Shown here: piece after piece, positions 27,863 to 38,433 of the stretch
Position numbering within the stretch: position 1 is the stretch's first letter
Layout of the letters: every line of letters starts with the position of its first letter
Program-made: the position numbers and the translations under genes
NCBI GenBank assembly: GCA_963848635.1
Contig: CAWKEA010000005.1
Coordinates: forward strand, 175,341 to 239,340
Length of the DNA: 64,000 nt
DNA from: an uncultured bacterium
GTDB taxonomy: Bacteria; Patescibacteriota; Minisyncoccia; Phycocordibacterales; PALSA-1337
Direction of reading: 5' to 3'
Notes under the pieces: generated by a model
Database searches by the model: none
The model's input: the letters and a program-made list of their open reading frames with translations, nothing else
Told to the model about the DNA's origin: nothing

Positions 27863-30514
27863 CTATTTTTTCTTCAGCTTTTTCTTCAGATACATCCCAG
27901 TATAGCTCTTTTCATTCCGCGCGACGTCTTCCGGTGTTCCCTTTGCCACTATCTTGCCGCCATGCTTGCCGCCGAGGGGACCGATGTCGATGACGTAGTC
28001 GGCGTTTTTGACGAGGTCGAGATTGTGCTCGATGACGACGACAGTGTTCCCTTTGTCGACCAGCCTCTGCAAGATCTCAATGAGCTTCTTGACGTCTTCA
28101 TAATGAAGGCCGACCGTCGGTTCGTCGAGCAAGTAGATCGTCTTTTGGATATGTGCGCGATACAGCTCGGCGGAGATCTTGACGCGCTGGGCCTCGCCGC
28201 CAGAGAGCGTGGTCGCGCTCTGGCCGAGCGTCAGGTAGCCGAGGCCGACCTCGTTGAGCGTGAGCAAGCGGTCGGAAATGGCCGGGATGTCTTCGAAGAA
28301 GCTCATAGCTTCCTCGACGGTCATCTGGAGGACTTCGTGGATGTTCTTGCCTTTGTAATCGATGTCGAGGGTCTCTTTCATGAATCGAGTGCCGCCGCAG
28401 ACGTCGCACGGCACATAGACGGTCGGAAGAAAATGCATCTCGACGGCTATCTCGCCGTTGCCTTCGCAGGCTTCGCATCGTCCGCCTGGGCGGTTAAAGG
28501 AAAAACGCCCCGGGCCCCAGCCTCGGGCGCGGGCTTCGGAGCTAGCGGCGAACATGTCGCGGATATGCGACCATGCGCCGGTATAGGTGGCCGGGTTGCT
28601 CCGCGGCGTGCGGCCGATCGGCGACTGATCGATCAGAATGGATCGACCGAGATATTCCGATCCTGAAAACGAATCGGCGTTGTAGGTCAAGGAATTCCGC
28701 TTGCTCCTTTCGAGACGCGCTTCGAGGTTCTTGTGCAGGATCTCGTACATGAACGACGACTTGCCGGAACCGGAAACGCCGGTGATGACATTGAAGACGC
28801 CGAGCGGCACGTCCACATTCATGTCTTTGATATTGAAAATATTCCCGCCGCGTATCATGATCTTGCCTTTCGGCTCGCGGCGCTTGTTCGGCGTATCGAT
28901 CTCCATTTCCCCGCGCAGATAGGCAAGCGTGATCGATTCCTTGCCTTCGCCTTTTGCAAGAGTCTTTTTGGTCAAGAGGTCTTCAAGCCAGCCCGATACG
29001 ACGACTCTGCCGCCATGGATGCCTGCGCCCGGGCCTATGTCGATGATATAGTCCGAAGCATACATGGTGTCCTCGTCATGTTCGACGACGATGATGGTAT
29101 TGCCGAGGTCGCGCAGGTCGAGAAGGGTGCTGATGAGCCGATCATTGTCGCGCTGATGGAGCCCGATGGTCGGCTCATCGAGGACGTAGAGCGCGCCGAC
29201 AAGACCGGACCCAAGCTGTGAGGCAAGGCGTATGCGCTGGGCTTCCCCGCCGGATAACGTGTTGGCGCGTCGGTCGAGCGTCAAATATTCGATGCCGACG
29301 TTTATCATGAACGATAGCCTCGAGCCGATCTCTTTCATGACCACTTTTGCGATCTCTTTTTCCGTCGGCGTGAGCGTCAGATGATCGAAAAAATTCGCAG
29401 CCTCAGTGATAGACAGCGCGGTCGTCTCGACGATATTCTTGCCGTCCACAAGCACATGCAATGCCTCCTCGCGCAGTCGTTTTCCTCCGCACATCTCGCA
29501 TGGGTCGTCGCTGAAAAAGTCCTTGGTGCCGAGGCCTTTGCAGGCAGGACAGGCGCCGTACGGCGAGTTGAACGAGAAGAGACGCGGCTCGATCTCGGGA
29601 TATGAAAAACCGTCATGCGGGCACATGAATTTGACGGACATGAGCTTCTCTTCATCTGGAAATTCGACTTTGATCAGGCCGCTCGCTTCGGTGACGGAAC
29701 GCTCGAGCGCTTCGGACAGGCGTTCGCGCGAATTCTTCGAGTCATTCTTGTCCCGAAGCTCACTCGAGAATATCTCATCGATGAGGATGTCGATGTCGTG
29801 CTTTTTGTTCTTTTCTATGATGATCTGGTCTCTCAGATGGTATGTCGTCCCGTCGACGCGCACGCGATCGTAGCCTTTGCCGAGCAAGTCATACAGCAAC
29901 TGATAGTATTCTCCTTTTCTGCCGACGACGACCGGCGCCCAGATGCGGATCTTTTCATCGGAGATCGTGACGCCCATGATCTTCTTGTCCGCCGCCTTTT
30001 CGCTTTTATCTATGCTTTTTGCTTTATGCCTCCCGCTTTCTGCCTTTCCTGCTTGACCCAAGACTATCTCGAGTATCTCTTCCTTTGATATACGATGTAT
30101 CTCCCTATTGCAGACGAGGCAATGCGGCGTCCCCACGCGGGCAAAGAGGATGCGCATGTAGTCGTATATCTCGGTGATGGTGGCGACGGTCGAACGCGGA
30201 TTGTTGGAGCGCGATTTCTGGTCGATGGAAATGGCGGGAGACAAGCCGATGATCTCGTCGACGTCGGGCTTTTGCATTCGATGCAGGAATTGCCGGGCGT
30301 ATGCCGAGAGCGACTCGACATAGCGCCGCTGGCCCTCGGCAAAGATCGTGTCGAATGCGAGCGACGATTTCCCAGAACCGGACAGACCGGTGATGGCTAT
30401 CATCCGATTGCGCGGCATCTCGACGGTGATGTTTTTCAGATTGTGCGTGCGCGCGCCTTTGACGATTATCTTGTCGTCAAACGGTCCCGCGCCTTTCTTT
30501 TCGTGAGCATGCAT
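27863..30514 (-). CDS. uvrA: Excinuclease ABC subunit A
   Basis: Two ABC ATPase modules ('[12 protein letters not shown]', '[10 protein letters not shown]') and zinc-finger cysteines. 883 aa. Confidence 0.9.
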   Translation of the reverse strand: MHAHEKKGAGPFDDKIIVKGARTHNLKNITVEMPRNRMIAITGLSGSGKSSLAFDTIFAEGQRRYVESLSAYARQFLHRMQKPDVDEIIGLSPAISIDQKSRSNNPRSTVATITEIYDYMRILFARVGTPHCLVCNREIHRISKEEILEIVLGQAGKAESGRHKAKSIDKSEKAADKKIMGVTISDEKIRIWAPVVVGRKGEYYQLLYDLLGKGYDRVRVDGTTYHLRDQIIIEKNKKHDIDILIDEIFSSELRDKNDSKNSRERLSEALERSVTEASGLIKVEFPDEEKLMSVKFMCPHDGFSYPEIEPRLFSFNSPYGACPACKGLGTKDFFSDDPCEMCGGKRLREEALHVLVDGKNIVETTALSITEAANFFDHLTLTPTEKEIAKVVMKEIGSRLSFMINVGIEYLTLDRRANTLSGGEAQRIRLASQLGSGLVGALYVLDEPTIGLHQRDNDRLISTLLDLRDLGNTIIVVEHDEDTMYASDYIIDIGPGAGIHGGRVVVSGWLEDLLTKKTLAKGEGKESITLAYLRGEMEIDTPNKRREPKGKIMIRGGNIFNIKDMNVDVPLGVFNVITGVSGSGKSSFMYEILHKNLEARLERSKRNSLTYNADSFSGSEYLGRSILIDQSPIGRTPRSNPATYTGAWSHIRDMFAASSEARARGWGPGRFSFNRPGGRCEACEGNGEIAVEMHFLPTVYVPCDVCGGTRFMKETLDIDYKGKNIHEVLQMTVEEAMSFFEDIPAISDRLLTLNEVGLGYLTLGQSATTLSGGEAQRVKISAELYRAHIQKTIYLLDEPTVGLHYEDVKKLIEILQRLVDKGNTVVVIEHNLDLVKNADYVIDIGPLGGKHGGKIVAKGTPEDVARNEKSYTGMYLKKKLKKK

Positions 30515-30576
30515 CGTGGCGCGGATTATAGCAGATATTTTACAAAAAAGGAAGGATATTTTATCCTATCTCCCGG

Positions 30577-31350
30577 CTATCCGACCATTTTCTCGACTTG
30601 AGCGACGATCTCGTCGAGAGAGACGGCGGCCTTGATTATGAAGCCGGCGGCGCCGAGCTTCTTTGATTTCTCTATATCCGATGGCGACGACAGGTTAGAA
30701 AGCATGATGACCGGAATTTTCTTGAATCTCTCCTGCATCTTGAGCTTTTGCAAGACTTCAAACCCATTCAGGTCCGGCATGACGATGTCGAGCATGACGA
30801 TGTCAGGGGTGTCACTCTCAGCGAGCTTCAATGCTTCGACGCCATTGCTGGCTTTGATGAGATTGTAGCCGAGTGAGATGAATTTCTTTGAAAGAATGTC
30901 CGAAAGGAATTTGTCGTCCTCGACCCATAGTATCTTGATCGCCTTTTTTGCCTTCCCTTGTGCCATCTCTGGAACGTAATTGAGTATACTGCAGACCTTG
31001 TCGATGACTTCTTCGGGGCTGATATGCGTCTTGATCAGATATTCCCGGATGCCAACGACGGGCAAGCGCTTCATATCGACAGGAAGCCCCATGTTCGAGG
31101 CGACGATGACGGGAATCTTTGTTATGTCTTTGTCGTAGGATTTCGCCGCGAGGAGGTCGTAGCCGTCCATGCCCGGCAGTACCACGTCGGCGATGAGGAT
31201 ATCGGGACGCAGTTCGCGCATCTTTGACAATGTGGCGTTGCCGTCTTCGACAGTGATGGCGCGCATGCCTTTTTCTTTTGCCAAGGCAGAGATCGATTCG
31301 GCAAGAAAGGCGTCCGAGAGAGCTATGAGAATGAGCTTTGAAGGGATCAT
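30577..31350 (-). CDS. Response regulator with two tandem receiver (REC) domains and no output domain
   Basis: 'DILIADVVLPGMDGYDLL' and 'DIVMLDIVMPDLNGFEVL' are acid-pocket/phospho-acceptor patterns, each followed by 'KIPVI..S'. Confidence 0.75.
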   Translation of the reverse strand: MIPSKLILIALSDAFLAESISALAKEKGMRAITVEDGNATLSKMRELRPDILIADVVLPGMDGYDLLAAKSYDKDITKIPVIVASNMGLPVDMKRLPVVGIREYLIKTHISPEEVIDKVCSILNYVPEMAQGKAKKAIKILWVEDDKFLSDILSKKFISLGYNLIKASNGVEALKLAESDTPDIVMLDIVMPDLNGFEVLQKLKMQERFKKIPVIMLSNLSSPSDIEKSKKLGAAGFIIKAAVSLDEIVAQVEKMVG

Positions 31351-31458
31351 GTGTAGTATCAAGCAGAGAAATGATACCACGGCGACTTCGATCGGACAAC
31401 CAACAGAAAAGCGCGCCGACGGGTGTCTTCATGAAGCGCTTCATGATATAATGTGGGC

Positions 31459-32154
31459 ATGAACGGCACTGCCATCGCGTATGCATTCCTTGCAGGGGTC
31501 TTGCCATCGCTTCTTTGGCTCTTTTTCTGGCTGAGAGAGGACAATCTCCATCCCGAGCCGCGCCTTATCATCGCTCTCGCGTTTCTGCTCGGCATGCTGT
31601 CGGTCGCTTTGGCTATCTATTTCGAGAGCATATCGTCGGTTTTTCTCAAAAGCCAGACCGAGCAGTATATCGTGTGGGCGGTCATCGAAGAAGCCGTGAA
31701 GGGCCTCGTCGTCGTGGTTATGGTCTTGTTCTCGAGCGAGATAGACGAACCGATCGACTTCATGATCTATTTCATCGCCGCCGCTCTCGGCTTCGCTGCC
31801 ATAGAAAACTCATTTTTCCTGCTCGATCCCCTATCGAACGGCAACATATCATCCTCGATCAATCTGGGAGATTTCAGGTTCATCGGCTCGACCTTGGTCC
31901 ATACCGTCTCATCCGCTTTCATCGGCTTTTGCGTCGCGCTCGTCTTTTATCGCGGAACGTTCCTAAAGATACTCATGGCGCTCGTCGGCCTCATCGGGGC
32001 GTCAGCCTTGCATAGCGCCTTTAACCTATCCCTCCTGTCAGCGCCGCACTACAGCGTCATCTATGTCTTTGCGTGGATATGGTGCACCGTCATCATCCTC
32101 ATGATCCTGTTCGAGGAGATCAAAGCAGTGCGCAATCCTTTGAAGTCGACATAG
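31459..32154 (+). CDS. PrsW-family intramembrane metalloprotease
   Basis: 'VIEEAVKG' (EExxK), 'FAAIENSFF' (FxxxE), 'ALHSAFNLS' (HxxxN) across multiple TM helices. Confidence 0.7.
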   Translation: MNGTAIAYAFLAGVLPSLLWLFFWLREDNLHPEPRLIIALAFLLGMLSVALAIYFESISSVFLKSQTEQYIVWAVIEEAVKGLVVVVMVLFSSEIDEPIDFMIYFIAAALGFAAIENSFFLLDPLSNGNISSSINLGDFRFIGSTLVHTVSSAFIGFCVALVFYRGTFLKILMALVGLIGASALHSAFNLSLLSAPHYSVIYVFAWIWCTVIILMILFEEIKAVRNPLKST

Positions 32155-32279
32155 GCCTGGAAGGACTATAGATAGAAATAAACAAAACTCGTGTGAAGAC
32201 ATACGCAAACTGAGGGAGCTACCTTTATCCACAAGAGCAGAGGCAGAAGTGCGGCGGGATTATATGGTAGAATAATCGC

Positions 32280-32762
32280 ATGGCAAAAAACAAACCTTCG
32301 TTTTTTGAAAGACTCACGGGCGCCGTCAATCTCGATGACGCTGACGCTCGAACAGCGAGCATATCGCCAGCCATGCGAGCTATGGAAACGCCGTCCATCA
32401 AAACTGCCTCATGGGCAGAAGAGAGCGCCGAAGAAGGCGAACTGACTGTCGATGTCTATCAGAACAACGACACTATCTTCGTCAAAGCAATGATAGCCGG
32501 AGTCAGACCAGAGGATCTCGACATCAATATCAGCCGCGACATGGTCACTATCCGTGGCAAGCGCGAAGAAGAGCGGGCGAGCTCGAACGACGACTATTTC
32601 ATCCGCGAGCTCTATTGGGGATCGTTCTCACGCTCCGTTTCCCTGCCCGAGGAGATCGACGTCGACGAAGCCGAGGCGATAGAAAAGCACGGCTTGCTCA
32701 TATTGCGCCTGCCAAAATTAGACAAGAAAAGGCAGTCGAAATTAAAGGTCAAGACGATCTAG
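32280..32762 (+). CDS. Hsp20/alpha-crystallin small heat-shock protein
   Basis: 'ELTVDVYQNNDTIFVKAMIAGVRPEDLDINI...LPEEIDVDEAEAIEKHGLLILRLPK' alpha-crystallin domain. Confidence 0.85.
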   Translation: MAKNKPSFFERLTGAVNLDDADARTASISPAMRAMETPSIKTASWAEESAEEGELTVDVYQNNDTIFVKAMIAGVRPEDLDINISRDMVTIRGKREEERASSNDDYFIRELYWGSFSRSVSLPEEIDVDEAEAIEKHGLLILRLPKLDKKRQSKLKVKTI

Positions 32763-33218
32763 CTGAAGCGTCTCTCCCACATAAAGGGAATGCTGTCGTG
32801 CGAGGCCGGAATTAACCTCTATCACATATTTCGAAGGAGAGCCCGGATAAAAGACGCTCGGATAGGTCGAGGGAGAAAGGCTGTTTTCGATGTGGACTAT
32901 TTTAAAATCCTGATCAAGCCAGATGATGTCGATGGGAAATTCCATGTCCTTCATCCAGAATCCGTAATTGTTCGGCTTGTCAAAGACAAAGAACATGCCG
33001 GAATTCGGTGATAGCGAAGGCCTGTCGCCGAGACCAAGCTCCTGTTCGGCCGAAGTCGACGCTATGGTCAAGGTCAAAGTCTCACCGGGCAATGACCACA
33101 CAAAGCTGTTTTCCGGAACAGCAGTCACAGGAAAGACGTCCCGTACACAAAAGACTATGACGCAGACAGCGACGATCGAACAGGCGGCGGCGATTATATT
33201 TTTCGTCTTTCCGCTCAT
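32742..33218 (-). CDS. DUF192 domain protein with N-terminal TM anchor
   Basis: 'FWMKDMEFPIDIIWLD' is the DUF192 core. Confidence 0.65.
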   Translation of the reverse strand: MSGKTKNIIAAACSIVAVCVIVFCVRDVFPVTAVPENSFVWSLPGETLTLTIASTSAEQELGLGDRPSLSPNSGMFFVFDKPNNYGFWMKDMEFPIDIIWLDQDFKIVHIENSLSPSTYPSVFYPGSPSKYVIEVNSGLARQHSLYVGETLQLDRLDL

Positions 33219-33241
33219 GCGATTATGATTAGACGCCCAGT

Positions 33242-33499
33242 CTACGACAGATGTTTCGAGACAAGCTTTGTCATTTCGAACATATTGACCACAGATTTGC
33301 CGTCGAATACTTTTTTCAAAGCCTCATCGGCGTTGATATTCCTCTTGTTCTTTGGATCCTGGAGATTGTTGCCTTTTATGTATTTCCACAGAGCTTTGAC
33401 GACTTCCGAACGCGGCATCGGCCCCTTGCCGACGATGACTGCGAGGTCGGGACTAATGTCCATCGGCTTCATAAACGCTGAATTTGTTTTCTTTTCCAT
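33242..33499 (-). CDS. SWIB/MDM2 domain protein
   Basis: 'PRSEVVKALWKYIKGNNLQDPKNKRNINADEALKKVFD' SWIB fold signature. 85 aa. Confidence 0.8.
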   Translation of the reverse strand: MEKKTNSAFMKPMDISPDLAVIVGKGPMPRSEVVKALWKYIKGNNLQDPKNKRNINADEALKKVFDGKSVVNMFEMTKLVSKHLS

Positions 33500-33634
33500 A
33501 TATTTTGTGCTGTTTTATTTGAATAAGCGGATAAATGATCGATGCAGAACAGTATAGCATATAAAGTCAACAGCGTTGTATCAGAAGGATTCTTGAGCGC
33601 TCGACTACCTATTGACATTCAAGCTGACTCGTGT

Positions 33635-33722
33635 TGGCGGAGGGTAAGAGATTCGAACTCTTGGTGAGTTGCCCCACACACGCTTTCCAAGCGTGCGCAC
33701 TAGACCACTATGCGAACCCTCC
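33635..33722 (-). tRNA. tRNA-Ser(GGA)
   Basis: Reverse-strand fold: acceptor GGAGGGT, anticodon stem CACGC/GCGTG, loop TTGGAAA, long variable arm, CCA encoded. Confidence 0.8.
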
Positions 33723-33852
33723 TCATTTTGTGCTTTGTACCGCTTCATTTATAGCACGGATCGCCCCTTTAATAAAACTCAGACCAGACATCGCCCGATA
33801 TGATAGAATGAGGGCAAAGGTCGATAATTTCATCATAACGAATACAATAATC

Positions 33853-34056
33853 ATGAACGGAGAAAATAATCAAAAGACATGCGGCCATCACAAGGTCATG
33901 CCCTTTGCGCTCATCATCGTGGGCATCGTCGCGCTCCTCGCGGATTTCAATGTCTTTTCCTGGTCAGTCTTTAACATCGTTTGGCCGATCCTCATCATCC
34001 TCGTCGGCTGTGCAAAGATGTGCAAGTGCGGCAAGACGTGCGAGGCGCCGAAATAG
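33853..34056 (+). CDS. Small membrane protein with Cys-rich C-terminus
   Basis: 67 aa from an internal ATG. Two TM helices then 'CAKMCKCGKTCEAPK'. The upstream part of the listed ORF overlaps the tRNA. Confidence 0.4.
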   Translation: MNGENNQKTCGHHKVMPFALIIVGIVALLADFNVFSWSVFNIVWPILIILVGCAKMCKCGKTCEAPK

Positions 34057-34220
34057 ATAGCGATCACATTCTTTTCAAGAAGAACAAAGACAGCCGAGCG
34101 CTGTTTTTGTTTTGGCTTATTTATTGTCCGAACTTCCCTTTTTTGGATTTTTATGCTTTAATGGATGTCCGAGCGATTCCCTTGTCTCGCGGGGTCAGCT
34201 CTCTTTTTTAATTTACTCAT

Positions 34221-36035
34221 ATGGAAATCCGTAATATCGCTATCATAGCCCACGTCGACCACGGCAAGACGACGCTCACCGACGCCATCATGACCCAATG
34301 CGGCCATGCCGACGAGGGATCGATGGACTCGAACGCGCTCGAACAGGAGCGCGGCATTACGATATATGCAAAAAACACCTCGATCATCTATCCCTCGCCG
34401 GGCTCGGGACGTCCCGCCACCAAGATCAACATCGTCGACACGCCAGGCCACGCTGATTTCGGTTCAGAGGTTGAACGCGTGCTCCGCTCGATCGACACCG
34501 TTCTCCTCGTCGTCGACGCCCAGGAAGGCCCGATGCCGCAGACGCGCTTCGTTCTGAAAAAATCGCTTGAGCTCGGTCTTAAGCCGATCGTCGTCATCAA
34601 CAAGATAGACAAAGCCGCCGCGGATCCAGAACGCACCCATAACGAGGTGCTCGAGCTTTTTATCGAGCTCGGCGCGCACGATTCTCAGATAGATTTCCCC
34701 GTCATATACGCCATAGGCCGCGAAGGAGTGGCAAAGAAAACGTTAAAGGAAGGATTCAAGGACATCACACCGCTTTTGGACACGATACTCGAGCATGTCC
34801 CGCCGGCGAACAAGGATTCAAATGCGCCTTTGACAGCGCAAGTCTTCAACCTCAGCTACGACAATTTCCTCGGACGCCTCGCCGTCGCGCGCATCTATGA
34901 TGGAACTATAAAAGACGGTCAGAATGTCTGGATAAAGGACATAGACGGAAAATCATTCACAGGAAAAGTGACCAAGCTCTTCACCTTCGACGGCAAGAAG
35001 CGCCTCGAAGTGCCGCAAGCCGAATCAGGCGACATCATCACGGTGGCCGGCATCCCGGATATTTACATTGGCGAGACTATTGCTGATAGCGAGTCGACGA
35101 CGCCCTTGACCGCGATCAAAGTCGACGAGCCGACGATTTCACTCCAATTCCTCGTCAATAGCTCCCCTTTTGCAGGCCGCGAAGGCACGTTCGTCACCGG
35201 TCGCCAGATACGCGAGCGGCTTGAGCGCGAGCTCGAAACGAACGTCGGGCTGAAAGTCGATTTCTCGTCGAACGAATACTTCACCGTCTACGGCCGTGGC
35301 GAGCTTCACATCGCCATCCTCATCGAGAACATGCGCCGCGAAGGCTATGAGCTCCAGGTATCTCAGCCGAAAGTCATATTAAAGGAAGAGGGCGGCAGGA
35401 CATTCGAGCCTTTCGAAGAGGTCATCATCGATACGCCACAGGAATATTCAGGCCCGATCATCGAGACCCTCGGCAAGAGAAAGGGCGTCATGACAAATAT
35501 GACGAACCACGGCAACCAGGCGCGCCTCGTCTTCGAGATACCGACGCGCGGATTGCTCGGATATCGCAACGCTTTCACCATCGACACCAAAGGCGAAGGC
35601 ATCATGTCGAGCCGCTTCATCGAATTCCGCGAGCATGCCGGCCAGATCGAAAAGCGCGAGACCGGCTCCATGACATCCATGGCCTCCGGCAAATCGCTCG
35701 GCTTCTCGCTCTGGAATCTCCAGGATCGCGGACGCCTCTTCATCGGCCCGGCTGTCGAAGTCTATGAGGGCATGGTCATCGGCGACACCGCAAAAGGAGA
35801 CGACCTCGACGTCAATCCGACCAAGGGCAAACAGCTCTCGAACATGCGCTCGTCCGGCAAGGACGAGGCCCTCATGCTCGTGCCGCCATTTGAATTGTCC
35901 ATCGAGCGCGGTCTCGAACTGATGCGCGACGACGAATATCTCGAGATCACGCCGAAATCCGTCCGCCTGCGCAAGAAATTCCTGACCGAGCTCGATCGCG
36001 CGAAAGCAGGCAGGAAGGACGGGACGCTGAAATAG
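34221..36035 (+). CDS. typA: Translational GTPase TypA/BipA
   Basis: '[20 protein letters not shown]' G1, 'DTPGHADF' G3, then EF-G-like domains. 604 aa. Confidence 0.9.
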   Translation: MEIRNIAIIAHVDHGKTTLTDAIMTQCGHADEGSMDSNALEQERGITIYAKNTSIIYPSPGSGRPATKINIVDTPGHADFGSEVERVLRSIDTVLLVVDAQEGPMPQTRFVLKKSLELGLKPIVVINKIDKAAADPERTHNEVLELFIELGAHDSQIDFPVIYAIGREGVAKKTLKEGFKDITPLLDTILEHVPPANKDSNAPLTAQVFNLSYDNFLGRLAVARIYDGTIKDGQNVWIKDIDGKSFTGKVTKLFTFDGKKRLEVPQAESGDIITVAGIPDIYIGETIADSESTTPLTAIKVDEPTISLQFLVNSSPFAGREGTFVTGRQIRERLERELETNVGLKVDFSSNEYFTVYGRGELHIAILIENMRREGYELQVSQPKVILKEEGGRTFEPFEEVIIDTPQEYSGPIIETLGKRKGVMTNMTNHGNQARLVFEIPTRGLLGYRNAFTIDTKGEGIMSSRFIEFREHAGQIEKRETGSMTSMASGKSLGFSLWNLQDRGRLFIGPAVEVYEGMVIGDTAKGDDLDVNPTKGKQLSNMRSSGKDEALMLVPPFELSIERGLELMRDDEYLEITPKSVRLRKKFLTELDRAKAGRKDGTLK

Positions 36036-36158
36036 TTAGTGGTTTGTTAGAGGTCTACCCTCACACTCAGGTCTCACTCTGGACGGACCTGGGCCAATTT
36101 AAATCACGAACGAAATGCCGCCTCACGGTCAGTTTTCTTTTTTTGCTCTTTTTCTAAA

Positions 36159-36268
36159 TATAACCAATTGGTTATATATGCAAACTAATATAAATATTTG
36201 GGCTCGAATACCGCTAAATGACGGCTGTCATTTTTGCTCTTTATTGAAATATAACCAATAGGTTATAA
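36159..36268. repeat. Two copies of a ~58-bp direct repeat each centred on palindrome TATAACCAATTGGTTATA (second copy TATAACCAATAGGTTATA)
   Basis: Read directly in a 685-bp ORF-free convergent intergenic region. Confidence 0.7.
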
Positions 36269-36475
36269 ATTTAAAATCACATAAAATATTGCACCGCGGC
36301 CTGGAGGATAAAAAATGAACCCGGCACGCGCTCGGGGTTTTTGTATTAAATGAATATAAATTAAGGGCTGAAACTTTCGTTCCAGCCCTTGTTGAATCTT
36401 GCTGATCGCTTACGTTGCCATCTCCCCGTCAACTGTAATGATTTTTGTCATGTAAAAATGGTAGCATTTATTGTA

Positions 36476-36493
36476 CGAGATGTCATCTTGACG
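36476..36493. repeat. Degenerate REP-like copy CGAGATGTCATCTTGACG
   Basis: The surrounding 'ttgtacgagatgNcatcttga' matches the RAYT 5' flank at 58951-58973. Confidence 0.6.
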
Positions 36494-36721
36494 TAAAACT
36501 TATGAAAAAATGCATAAATGATGTAGTTATTTACCCCACGCTTGCCACCTATGACTATCTCATTTTTGACAAAAAACTAGTTGCGACTCAGTTGCAACTA
36601 GTTCACGAAAGTTAGCCATATAATGAAAAGTAATTGCGACTCAATTACAATTAGAAAACTCGATAAAAAAATAACCCCGGGCCGCAGCTCGGGGTTGTTT
36701 GATGGGTGCATCTTTTCAAAC

Positions 36722-37024
36722 TCAATCGAGACCAAACTCGGGAAAGGCTTTCGCTTTCCAACAATCCCACAGCAGATTGCTTCGCCTCCAAGGATACGAG
36801 ATTGCATCAACAATCGCGACTGTGGAAGCGACGAGCAATGCGACCGTTATTGCAAGACCGATACATGCGAAAAGCATGAAGATTCCACAAGCGTGCAAAC
36901 TCGTTAGCGGCACCAGCTTGTCCAACGACCCAGTGAGCAACATGCTACCAATGCACAGCATGAATAAGATCACTGACAATGTGAGCAGTCCGATTGTGAT
37001 ACTGATAATTTTCAATATTTTCAT
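36722..37024 (-). CDS. Hypothetical membrane protein
   Basis: 100 aa, three TM helices. Confidence 0.5.
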   Translation of the reverse strand: MKILKIISITIGLLTLSVILFMLCIGSMLLTGSLDKLVPLTSLHACGIFMLFACIGLAITVALLVASTVAIVDAISYPWRRSNLLWDCWKAKAFPEFGLD

Positions 37025-37114
37025 AAGAACTTTTTATTTCTTCCAACTTTTATCTCCCCTCCCTTCTCGCACGTCGCGGAAAAAAAGCGTGAAGCAAAGT
37101 GTTTTATCAAGAAC

Positions 37115-37870
37115 TTAAAACTCTCCAATTTTTGTCCTCTTTATAGAAAAAGCAAAAGCGACGGTGCCGGCTCCTCTTCCGATCCGTTCCGCGAGACTGC
37201 GCATGTAGGTGCCGCTTGTGCATGCAACACGAAGCTTAATTAAAGGAAAATCAACGGCGCCATATTCCCTTCCAAATTTTTTCCAGCCGGTGATTATCTC
37301 TTCTTGCCGAAAATCGCCATTCACTTTTGTTATATTCCCTATTGCTTGCGCGGCGATGTCACTGCCGCTCAATAAATCCGCCTGTTTCGAGCTTTTTTCA
37401 TGGCTGCGGCCGGCAAGCCCTTTACCTATTTCTTCTATCGAATATATCTCGACCTCTTTTGTCGGCATCTCATCGGGCAATTCACCAGTTCGAGCGAGAG
37501 AGTGGAGCTGGCGGCCATCAACTGTCTTTGAAGAATACGCCGGATAAGCCTGCATGAACTTGCCGCAGAATTTTGTCTGTACGAGATGACATCTCGTACA
37601 GACAACTTTGGTTATCAGCCCGAGCGCATCTCCAGTGTCAGTTTCGATGCCAAAAAGCACCTCGACCTCATACTCCTTGTCCAGACCGAGATATTTTTCT
37701 TTTTCCTTGCACTCGTCGCCGACGAGCGCCAAAAGCTTGCCGCAGGCAAGCGGGTCAAGCCGGCCAGCATACGTCATCGGCACATCTGCGGCAATGCCAT
37801 TTTCAAGCCGCGCCCTTTCGAGGCATTCGAGCGGCGTTTTGCCGATTTCTTTATTTAATATCAGCTTCAT
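37115..37870 (-). CDS. truB: tRNA pseudouridine(55) synthase TruB
   Basis: 'AGRLDPLACGKLLALVGD' with the catalytic Asp, plus the TruB core. Confidence 0.85.
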   Translation of the reverse strand: MKLILNKEIGKTPLECLERARLENGIAADVPMTYAGRLDPLACGKLLALVGDECKEKEKYLGLDKEYEVEVLFGIETDTGDALGLITKVVCTRCHLVQTKFCGKFMQAYPAYSSKTVDGRQLHSLARTGELPDEMPTKEVEIYSIEEIGKGLAGRSHEKSSKQADLLSGSDIAAQAIGNITKVNGDFRQEEIITGWKKFGREYGAVDFPLIKLRVACTSGTYMRSLAERIGRGAGTVAFAFSIKRTKIGEF

Positions 37871-37944
37871 TTTCAGTTACTCCTAAGTATGCTTGTTTTT
37901 ATGAAAAAGGAAAGCGACGGGCACAAGAGGAAAGCGACGGGCAC

Positions 37945-37976
37945 AAAAAAGCCGCCCGATGGTTGTCGAGCGGCTT
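37945..37976 (-). terminator. Rho-independent terminator on the minus strand (AGCCGC..GCGGCT stem, A6 on plus = T6 on minus)
   Basis: Lies between the small ORF 37995-38186 and truB. Preceded by a direct repeat ggaaagcgacgggcacaa x2. Confidence 0.5.
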
Positions 37977-37994
37977 GAAACAAAGAGGTCAAGA

Positions 37995-38186
37995 TCAATC
38001 GGAAGGACCTCCGTAACCAGGACCGGAACATTCCACAGCCGTCGGAACGCTTGTCCCGACTACCGCTGGTTCCCCTGGATCATCATCGAAGCCAAGTCCT
38101 GGAGACTGAGTATCCTCCGCCGTCGGAGGCCGCTGTACCGTACTTGGAATATCGTTTCCTCTAAGGGATCTCGTTGTGACAGGCAT
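37995..38186 (-). CDS. Hypothetical 63-aa Pro/Gly-rich protein
   Basis: Has its own downstream terminator. No recognisable domain. Confidence 0.3.
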   Translation of the reverse strand: MPVTTRSLRGNDIPSTVQRPPTAEDTQSPGLGFDDDPGEPAVVGTSVPTAVECSGPGYGGPSD

Positions 38187-38433
38187 ATTGTTATTTCGTT
38201 GTGATTTGTTGTGTGCTGTTCTTGCTTTTCAATCCCGACCGCTCGTGCGGCCGGGAAGCAAAACGGACTCCGCTTTGGAGTCCGTTGTGATAATCAATCG
38301 AGAGAGATTCATTACCATGACCGACCCCAAAGCGCCCCGTCATACTTGACGGAGAGCGATGTAAAGGCTGATGTGGCAATCGAATGAATCATGGGTTTCA
38401 TTGTAGCATAGCCTGATTTTTTGAGAAGGGGCG

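Noticed and set aside
36315-36353. 12-codon ORF with strong SD as a CDS feature
   Set aside because: Too short to call as a gene from sequence alone. It is kept as part of the intergenic-region finding.
38191-38379. 62-aa minus-strand ORF downstream of tktB
   Set aside because: No motif, and the region is dominated by two GC hairpins. More likely 3' UTR or terminator structure.
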